Source of the DNA: Chrysomallon squamiferum
Lineage: Eukaryota > Animalia > Mollusca
Length of the DNA: 64,000 bases
Reading direction: 5' to 3'
Assembly (NCBI GenBank): GCA_012295275.1
Contig: CM022666.1
Span: forward strand, 11,532,001-11,596,000
Below the pieces are notes generated by a model. It was not told the DNA's origin, did not search any database, and saw only the letters and a program-made list of their open reading frames with translations. Below, piece after piece: positions 13,619 to 64,000 of the stretch. The position numbers and the translations under genes were made by a program. How positions within the stretch are numbered: the stretch's first letter is position 1; the number at the start of each line of letters is the position of its first letter.

Positions 13619-14189
13619 GTTTTAAGAAAGGTGACTGAATCAAACTGTGACAATCGTTTTCTGCGCTGAGGCCTACAACATATTTACGAAGTTATCCAAA
13701 TAATTACAAATGAGTCCCGTTTTTTATGCATGGACGAATTCGTATTACAAATTAGAATAAAATGGATGGATATGGTAATATATGTAAATTCTTTAGAATA
13801 TCGTCAACAGATGTTTTCCTTTGTATCACTTTCAGTTATTATTTACCTTCACTCATTACATTACCTAAGCAACCAGTCTATACGTTGTGTTAACACATAA
13901 GTTTTTATAATTGGCCTTTACTGTTGTTACCTTAAACAATTAAAATAGTTTCTTTTATCGTAGTGGATGCTTTCTGTTAATTTCAAATTTTAACGTCTTG
14001 TATCAGTCTCTTTGAATTAGATAATGTTTACATTTGTACGTTTTTCACTGACACATTTAGCATAGAAAATGTTTGCAATAGCAGACATTCTGTTTTCTTA
14101 AGTTCTAATTTTTATATATCAGGTTCTCTTTAAATGTTCAGAATGATATGCTATTTATCCTTACAGTAATTTGTAATATATGAATATTA

Positions 14190-14613
14190 AATGGCCGTAA
14201 CTACATTGACGCAAAGGAGGCAAATGCCTCATACCGAAATTGATGATTTTTGCTTTTGTTTTGTTTATTATACAAAGATGTTATTTTAAAAATATTAATT
14301 TCTATTCCGATAGAAACGACATTCACTGAATGAATTCATTTCTGTCTACGGTTACCAATTGCTTTTAATTCTTCAGGTGTTAGTGTATTTCTTGTGAACA
14401 TGGATTTCGAAATACTCCCTCTTGCCTGATAAAGTAGAAAATACAAAAATTAATTCATAAAAAGTTATGATTCCTGAACTAGGAAAAAGATGGCAGGAAA
14501 TGGCTAGAAACGAGGAGTTTTTTTCAAATCGGAGCATTAACCCAAATATTTTTACTCCGCTCGGTGATTAAGTGTTTTTGTCTCGTTTCAAAAATGGTCT
14601 AGTTATAGCCATG
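14190..14613. mobile_element. MITE-like element with terminal inverted repeats
   Basis: Left ATGGCCGTAACTA vs right TAGTTATAGCCATG; right 50 bp recur inverted at 63138-63188. Confidence 0.65.
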
Positions 14614-15207
14614 TATCAGTTATTTAAAGTAGACTTAAAGGAACTGAAGCGAATGCAGTTGATGTCCCATTGTAATATATGATGTAATATATCTCAGAAT
14701 TCCATTAACTAACAGGATTAACGATTCTAACATCTACGTAAAGGTTAAGAAGATACAATTATGTACAATTTATTTCACACGATATGTCTTTCTTTTCATT
14801 TTGATTTCTGACAAAAGAATCCAAAGACTTTTATTTTATTTTTTTTATTTTTTTTAAATACTTTATAATATAGCAGCCGAGTAAGTGCATTTGAAGAGTT
14901 ATTTGTTGAAACGTGATGTAGCAGGTATTACATGTAGAGCTGTTTATATGTCCAGACATCACAGAGGCCACACACACCGTACGGGAGCATGACAATAACA
15001 ACACATCCAATGCGACGGAAGTAAAGGTGCTAATGAATATTCATACCTGTAATACCTCATGAATGTGAGAACAATACTGTTTAAAGTACGTTGCGACTAT
15101 TATTCGGAATGTCGGAAAAGACCGATTTTTATTACTGTGTTTGTTATTATCAACATGAACGATTTTTTTTTTTTTTTTTTCGTAATACTTATTATCAGGA
15201 TCTAGGG

Positions 15208-15525
15208 CAGTGGTTCTCAAAGGGTGTACCCGGGCGCACAAGACGGTAACTCTAAATATATCAGTGAACATCTTTCACAGAAGAAAAACAAACGGTACAA
15301 ATTCCAGACGAGAACCGTTTATACGCAAAATGATGAAGAATCTAATATTGATGTAGACAATGAGGATAGACAAACTCAGCAGTCTGCTCCGCAACTGATT
15401 CAGCCGCAAAACGCTTCTTTCAGTTATTTCTGTATTTTTTACATTTTGCATTACATTTCTTAGCATTTTGTGTGAAGTGTGCCCGCAATTTTTTGTAAGT
15501 CTTAGAGTGCGCCCCGACTTCAAGT
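15208..15525. mobile_element. hAT (Charlie-like) transposon relic
   Basis: Begins CAGTGGTTCTCAAA, a typical hAT terminus, then GGGCGCAC; GTGCGCCCC in inverted orientation near 15507; no intact right TIR. Confidence 0.45.
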
Positions 15526-17029
15526 TACATGCACAACATCATACATTAACCCCTTTGCATTCTGTAAAATAATTCATTTCAGTTAATAAGTAATATCAAC
15601 CTTCTGATATCACAATATAATCTCTAAAAATCCATGTTTAAAAATTATTTATTCATTGCTATATATACACATTTATTTACAAGAGCCTGAACCTAATTTT
15701 TCTTTGAATTTTCCTCAAGTTCCTTTGTGAATACAAAATATGTGGTCCCCCCCCCACATTACTGATATCTGTTATTTGAACTGGCAACAGCTAATTACAT
15801 ATAAAATCAGGAACATACAAGTTATGCTCATGAATACAGTGCAACTTATTCTTAACTTACAAATTTGGAATTTTCTCCTTTTTCAGTTTCTGTTAGACAT
15901 TACTTAACATATCAGCTAATTTTGTTTCCCTTATTTTCCTTCTTGGCTACCTTTAATTTGGAATAAAAGTGAAACTATTTTGTATTAGCTCAATATGACA
16001 GAAACAAAAAAACAAGCAAAATCTACATTGATATTTAAATAGACCTTTTCTATTCCCATAAAGCATGCATTTTGTAAATCTTATTTAAAGTTATATCTGG
16101 ACTCAATGAATAGTAACAGGATGATAGCTGCATCCATTTCTTCAGAACCGTATGTGTCAAATGTTGTTAATGCAAAACTAAGTTATTTCAGTTAATAAAG
16201 CATGAGTTTTATGATGGTCAGACCTTAGTTATACATTTCAAGCTTTCTTCTCAGATGTATTTCAAAATGTGCTGTGGAAAATGATGCAATGTTTCAGCAT
16301 TGTGTAACTTTGTAAACAAGTATTAATTCTTCATTCAGATTGCCAGTTTTATAAATAAATGCAAATCATATTTAATTGTGTTTGTCTTTTAAATTGTTTT
16401 CTTATCTCTGCTTGTAAGATGTTGCCTCGTGTAGGTATTCTCCCACAAATCTTCTAATGGTCACAAAATGAGCCCTGTTCACGTTTGAAGCCATTCAGCT
16501 GTATGTGCCCAACCCTTCTCTTACACCACATAGTAAACATATCAGTAAAGCAAAAATTAATAAAACTAACTGCTGAACCATGCTGAGTCATCATCATTAA
16601 AATTTATTTTATATTCCTGGTTCTCCTCATCTTATGTCCACTGTTATTTATTTGTTTAAAAAAAAATTTTTATCAGACTAGTGAGTTGTGTTACTGTGTT
16701 ACCACTATTATGTGTATGTTAAAGTATGGACACAAACACTCTCCCATGTATACATTCATATTTAAAATATGTTGGGTTTTTTTGTTTATTTTTAATTTAA
16801 CATTTTTGATTATTTTATTTCTCTTATAAATTATTTCCAAATCAAACAAACACAATACAAACAAGACATTCATATATCATGATCATTCAAACTTCCGAAT
16901 ACAATACAAGTGTGGTGTTTCTGTGACATAACAGAAGTCACGGAGAAGATCGTTAGCGTCTGCTCTACAACAGACATATCCATGATAATTGATATCAACT
17001 AAAAGAAAACTGGAAGACGCTGAAATTTA

Positions 17030-17539
17030 ATTTTCGCGATTGTTAATAACGGGTCAGAGCTGTGCGACGTAAACCCCACCGTGCGCGCTGTCGCTGTTGC
17101 AGCTGAATATTCATGAAGTGTAACTATTGTGAATTTATTTGCACCTTTACGCACTGGACCCTCGTACATGTCAGACACATTTGCCGCTTCATCCAGTAAT
17201 TACAAATACTTCGCTGCGAGGAACTTTTCTCATTTGGCTCCCATGTTGCTAACGAGATAACGCAGAGGTAGTCGCCAGAAAAGTTATAACTTGAAGTATC
17301 GATGCAGTAACTCTTGTAAATTACGCGTTTTCGTCCCATGATTTCTGTGTGGTAGTCATTTAAATTAAACGTCAGAAAACGACCCGGTATCGGGTTTTAG
17401 TCTGAATGAGCCTTAGTCACGCTCACACATGACTGTAATTTCAAACCGGAATGATCACACAGGAAGTAATTGTAAGCTAAAGATAGATTTAAAAACAACA
17501 AACATAACAGGACAGAGGACATGTTCGTGATTCACTCAG
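17030..17539 (+). promoter_or_regulatory. Probable promoter and non-coding first exon of the myosin gene
   Basis: Local CpG enrichment against a CpG-poor background, ETS-like CCGGAA and CAGGAAGT near 17446-17467, donor cag|gtaacg after 17539 pairing with acceptor at 17908. Confidence 0.5.
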
Positions 17540-17735
17540 GTAACGTCTAATAATGCTTCCTTGATATGTCAGCTGTCTTCTGAAACTTATTTGTCGACGC
17601 ACTGTTCAAATTTTTGTTTTCTTTATGAAAGGTACTTAGTTTTAATATAATAGTAATAATACGGTTTAAAATGTTTGCCATGTATATTTTTTTAAATTTT
17701 ATATGTGTGTGTATATATATATATATATGACAATT

Positions 17736-17768
<33 letters not shown>

Positions 17769-17925
17769 CATTTGTATGTTAATTGTCATTTTATGATACA
17801 AATATTTAGAAAGTTACAATGTAAATCCCTTAATTTGACAAACTTTTAATAATAATAATAATAATAAAATTAAAAATAAACAAAAGAAGAATTATGTTCT
17901 TGTTACAGCTGCATCATAAGGTAAT

Positions 17926-59206
<41,281 letters not shown>

Positions 59207-59434
59207 TCAGTTAATTCTGCATAAAACGTGTTTTAATATTTCACCGGAAGCAAGCTGGCTTCCTTCCTGAGATTATCTACATCGGAGAAAATGGTTTTTT
59301 TAATTGTTATTATTCAGATAAAATCAAAAACAGTTTTTCTGCAAACATTTCAAGTATTATTATTCAATTTTGATTGAATTATTTTAATATATATATACCA
59401 TTTGTAATCATGTCTTTTTGATATGTTTGTATAA

Positions 59435-59444
59435 AATAAATAAA
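59435..59444 (+). terminator. Candidate polyadenylation signals of the myosin gene
   Basis: Overlapping AATAAA hexamers about 230 nt after the stop; AATAAA is common in this AT-rich DNA. Confidence 0.4.
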
Positions 59445-62087
59445 TACAAAATATCAGATATTTAAAATAAATGTCAAATGCACACACATTAAAACAACAA
59501 AGACAGTGATTTCATTACATATTAGAGGCATTTTTATGACATTTTAACTGTTTTTGTATTTACAAATATGTAAATGCACATACATAAACACTGAAATATA
59601 CAAATCAATAAACACACACACAGTGCTTCTAAAACTGGATATGAACGTCATTTTAAATTTTGGAGAACATTTTGGGGGGGTTCTGTAATCTGTGAGTATT
59701 CAAAATTCAGCAAAAAGTATATTTGTTTAGGTATTTTTAATTAATTGCATAATTTGCCTTAAGCTTAGAGTGAAAAGGTTGTAAATTAGTGCAGAGTTGG
59801 GTCATTTTTCAATTGACTGGAAAATTGAATTTTATTTTTATTTGTGTATTTTAACAAAAAGTATCACCAAAATGAATCCCTAGTAAGTTAGAATACTTTT
59901 GTCATCAGACCAGGCCTTGTTTGAGTTCATTTCTCAGGTCTAGGGATATGTACAGTTACACTATGCACAAAAAGAAGGGTTCAGTGTTTTGTTAAAGCTG
60001 TGTGGATTAGAAAAGTAAATAGAAATGTCAGAGAAAAAACCCTCTAAAGTCTGTTCATTCTCACTGAACTTTGTAATGTGAACTAAAATCATTTCATTAA
60101 ACGTTTTCAAGCCGTTTTAGTCACTTAATGTTAAAAAATTATTAACTGCGTGTATATACATGCTAACTGTAGAATCTCTGAACTGTGTACATACAATTCG
60201 TAATAACTCAGTCTGCTCCTGAAATACCATTGCTCAGGAACAAACAGTCTGTAGAGTTAAATTATTTCTGACGTGATGCTAGTACCCTGAGATTAGTCTG
60301 AAAAATGCCATTGTTTATGTGATTTCAACTTCATGTATATCATTTTTTTACTTGTGTTTAAAATATTTTTAGAATTTGTGAAAATTTGGGTTTATTATTA
60401 GCCATTTCAGTATTTAATGCTGGGTCACTGCTTAGAATTCACAGCTGAACTCTGTTTGTCAAATCTTAACTTACACATTTTTTATATCAGTTATCTTTAT
60501 TAGTTACAAAATGGATTTCATTTACCAAGTAGTTCCAAACTCGACTACAGTTACCCTTAATTTACACATTTTTCTCTATTTATTTTTTAATGTATTTTAT
60601 ATTTTATTATTATTATTTTATTTTAATATATTTTGTTTTTGACAAACTATAGAGCTATTCAACAAAATTATTTAATTGGAAATGAACATCTTGAGAATAT
60701 TCAATTTCTGTTAGTATTTGAGAAAAGGTTTACAAGTTTGTAATCAGTGTGTCCAGAGCACTCACTGAAGTCACGCCTCTGATGATGTGTAAATATAAAC
60801 AAGAAATGCTGAATTTTCCTTTAAGAATAAAGAGGAAAAGCTAAGTATATTTAAAAAGAGATTTTCTGAATCAGCCTTCAGCATTCAAGTGTAAACAACT
60901 GAAATGGATTGTATTCTGATTAAAACTGTGGACAGTTTGTGTATGATTTGAATATAACATTCATAATGTCCACACTCAGGTGTAGTCTGTTTGTTGATCC
61001 AACATGTCTTCCTTTCGCAGGATAACAACATTTGTAACTTGAACTTGCTGTCAAAATTCATTGTCATTCATTTTTAAATGTTTTCAAAATATTCATTGTG
61101 GCTCAGTCTGAATTAGTTGAAGCTTTATAATTTATAAATTTTAGCTTGGTTTAGTGTTTGTATGTGGAACATAGCTGTTTTGTAAAAGTATATTTGTACC
61201 AGCAGTCATAATTCACGTATCTTTTCTTTAATTATTCTTTATTCCTTCTAAACCAGTTTCACATCCTTTAATGGCTGCCTTCAGAAACTGATGATGCTGA
61301 TAATATTTAAAAATAAATTTTGAAAATGTTGCATGTCTGTTGTGAAAAGTATTATGTGTGAGATTATTTAATAATTCAGTATTGTGTCCTTTCCATGTTT
61401 GTCTGTGCCGCTATAATGTAAAATATGTAATGTATTCCTCTGGATGTGACTGGAATAAAGCATAACAATATAACATTTTCTTGTGTTTTTTCAGTAGTTC
61501 AGATCACAAAACTGTTTTAATTTATTAGTTTTACTTAAGTAGAATCCCCACAAAAGAATTGTTCAAGTATCTAGAGTAAATATATTTTTATTTTAGTGTG
61601 ATGAAGGGTCAGACAAACACCTGTTACATTAGAGTACCAGACCATTTGTCCAGCTTCCAAAAACCAGATTTAGAAGTGTATTAAATAAAATGTTCTTTTC
61701 TTCTCATTGTTTATGTTTTAAAGATTAAGTATATCTGAAGCATAGGTCCTTAAAACCTGAAAATGAAGAAGTCCCAAGCTTCCTAGATAATTGGTTTGTC
61801 TGGTAACTGAATTAGTTAATTTACTCAGTTTATTATAATTTTATCTAAATTTGGAGTTAGTGTATGATTGGTTTTTAAGTTTTAGTTTGTTTTTTATTTA
61901 TTTATTTATTTATGTATTAATTTATTTATGTATTAATTTTTTAATTTATTTATTTATTTATTTAGTTAGTTAGTTATATATTTATTTATTTATGTATGTA
62001 TTAATTTATTTAGTTAGTTAATTATATATTTATTTAATTATGTAGTTAGTTATATATATATATATTTATTTATGTAGTTAATTATAC

Positions 62088-62119
<32 letters not shown>

Positions 62120-63137
62120 TTCTAATTATAAGGTGGAGACACAATTCCAGTTGTTTTTAAATAGAATTCATCTCTATACATGCTGGAGGAAGGAAGAAAT
62201 GTTTCAGTGAACTGAGTAAAACATTCAATAATTTTTAATCTACAGATTTAAAGCAAATACATTTAAAGGTCATCACTGGTCGTGTTATGTGTCTTTTTCG
62301 TCAACAGTGAAGGAGTCTGTGAACTCTCACAGACAACAAGACTCAAACTGTGCACACTGAGGATTGATATCACAACTTTATGGTGCACATCTGTGTCTCT
62401 GCTTACCTGTCAGAAAAATCATTTAAAATTTTAAAAAAACCTAGAATATCAGTTGGATGTTACACAAATTGATGAAAACAAGAAAGACAACTTTTCATCA
62501 TACAAACACTGAAACTTGTGTTTCATGAGTGTGAGCTCACAAATTGAAACTGAGATGCAAGACAACATTGTTTTGTGTTGATATTCTGTTACTGAAGAAG
62601 AAAAAAAAATGAAGATTTAGGAAGCAAATAAAAATAAATAAATAAAAATTACAACACTCCTGCATAGTTGTGTTGTATTTGCACATGCTGAAATGTTCAT
62701 TGTGTTGCTATTGATTGGAAGCAGCTGTTTCAGTGTGGGTATATTGATATTTGTTGATCAAACCTCAGTTTTGTAAGAAGCAACCACATTTTTCTTTTAG
62801 TTTTTATTCACGTGTAGTTTGTTTCAGCAGTAATCAGATGTAAGTAAAACTATCATTTGTTAGAATTCTAACGTTTTATATTGAGTATTAACGTTATCTT
62901 CAACTACATCTAGTATAATTTTATACAGGTTAAAGTTTAATGTTTATTATTAAGACGTTAACAAGATATATTATTAATTTTGTTGTTGTTGTTGTTTTTG
63001 TAACACGATACCAGTTAGAGAAAGATAGTTTTATTAACATTTAGCAAATATATTAATGTTGTTAAAATTTAAGTAAGTATAAAATAGAGACAGAGTTTTG
63101 TGCGTGCATACTCAGATACTTAGACAAAATTACTGAT

Positions 63138-63188
63138 CATGGCCGTAACTGGACTCTTTTTGAAATGAGGCAAAAACACTTAATCGCC
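63138..63188. mobile_element. Terminal fragment of the same MITE family as 14190-14613
   Basis: CATGGCCGTAACTGGACTCTTTTTGAAATGAGGCAAAAACACTTAATCGCC matches the reverse complement of 14563-14613. Confidence 0.65.
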
Positions 63189-63336
63189 AATAAACCTGTT
63201 TGATGTTGATATCTTTGAAGTCAGTTACGTCTTTCATCGCAATGATGGCGGTAGACTTCAAACGGTAACCGTAAACACCAACGAATTCATACAGTGGATA
63301 TCATCGTATCATTTACCTCAGTGTAGTTCCTCCTAA

Positions 63337-63337
<1 letters not shown>

Positions 63338-63381
<44 letters not shown>

Positions 63382-63614
63382 CACACTGAGAGAGAGAGAG
63401 AGAGGAACGGACATTATTTTTGATTGGTTGCGAAATATGAACGGTTGAAAAAGAATGCGATGCTGCATTGAAAAATGTCTTATAGACGTTTCTGTTAAAT
63501 TTGGTAAAACGTGGCAGTTACTTAAGAGGAAAAAATCTTTACCGAGTTTGTTAGTACGACCCAGCGCAGTCGTTTTTTTATGCGGCTTAAATATCAACAA
63601 TTGTCTACATATAC

Positions 63615-63672
<58 letters not shown>
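63338..63672. repeat. Facing (CA)n and (GT)n microsatellites
   Basis: (CA)n 63338-63380 and (GT)n 63619-63672. Confidence 0.9.
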
Positions 63673-63675
<3 letters not shown>

Positions 63676-63854
63676 TAATTTGACAGAGATAAACATATTC
63701 GGTTTAGATAAGTAAATGTTACAACATTCACACGTACAGACACATAATTCTATCCAACATGAAATGCTAGATTATATTTAAAATGATGAAATCCATGTGT
63801 AATTGATTTTTCATATTCTATGTATTATATCTATAATATATATATATATATATA

Positions 63855-63925
63855 CAGTGGCATGCAGAGGGTGGTGTCGTAGGGGTCGTGGCCCTGGGCA
63901 TCCAAATGGGGGGGGGGCTTCCAAT
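63855..63925. mobile_element. Possible end of a non-autonomous DNA element inserted in (TA)n
   Basis: CAGTGGCATGCAGAGGG...GC-rich block directly after a TA run; partner end not in window. Confidence 0.3.
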
Positions 63926-64000
63926 CAAAGAACTGAATTTGGTTGATTTATATTTAAATCGAATAAAGTGTTTATTTTATGTTTCATCTATGTTTACATT

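Overview
AT-rich, microsatellite-rich eukaryotic (metazoan invertebrate, plausibly molluscan; inference) DNA with GT-AG spliced genes; nothing prokaryotic. The main feature is one large + strand gene (coding 17926..59206, 35 phase-consistent coding exons assembled by eye, about 1856 aa). It encodes an unconventional myosin XVI-like protein: MyPhoNE motif, ankyrin repeats, motor domain, one IQ, NYAP-like motifs, a Pro-rich tail, and then a WH2 motif and three PxWKR helices resembling the espin actin-bundling module. One exon looks dual-use and could give a short tail-less isoform. Divergently on the - strand is a two-exon gene (13618..8434, about 340 aa) for a two-TM protein resembling the luminal part of plant APD1-4 proteins but without a RING. 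The rest is a 4.3 kb 42-bp intronic satellite, smaller minisatellites, Tigger/hAT/MITE relics, an inverted duplication near 3.1-3.5 kb, and weak hints of further genes at both window edges. All homologies are from recalled family knowledge, not database searches.
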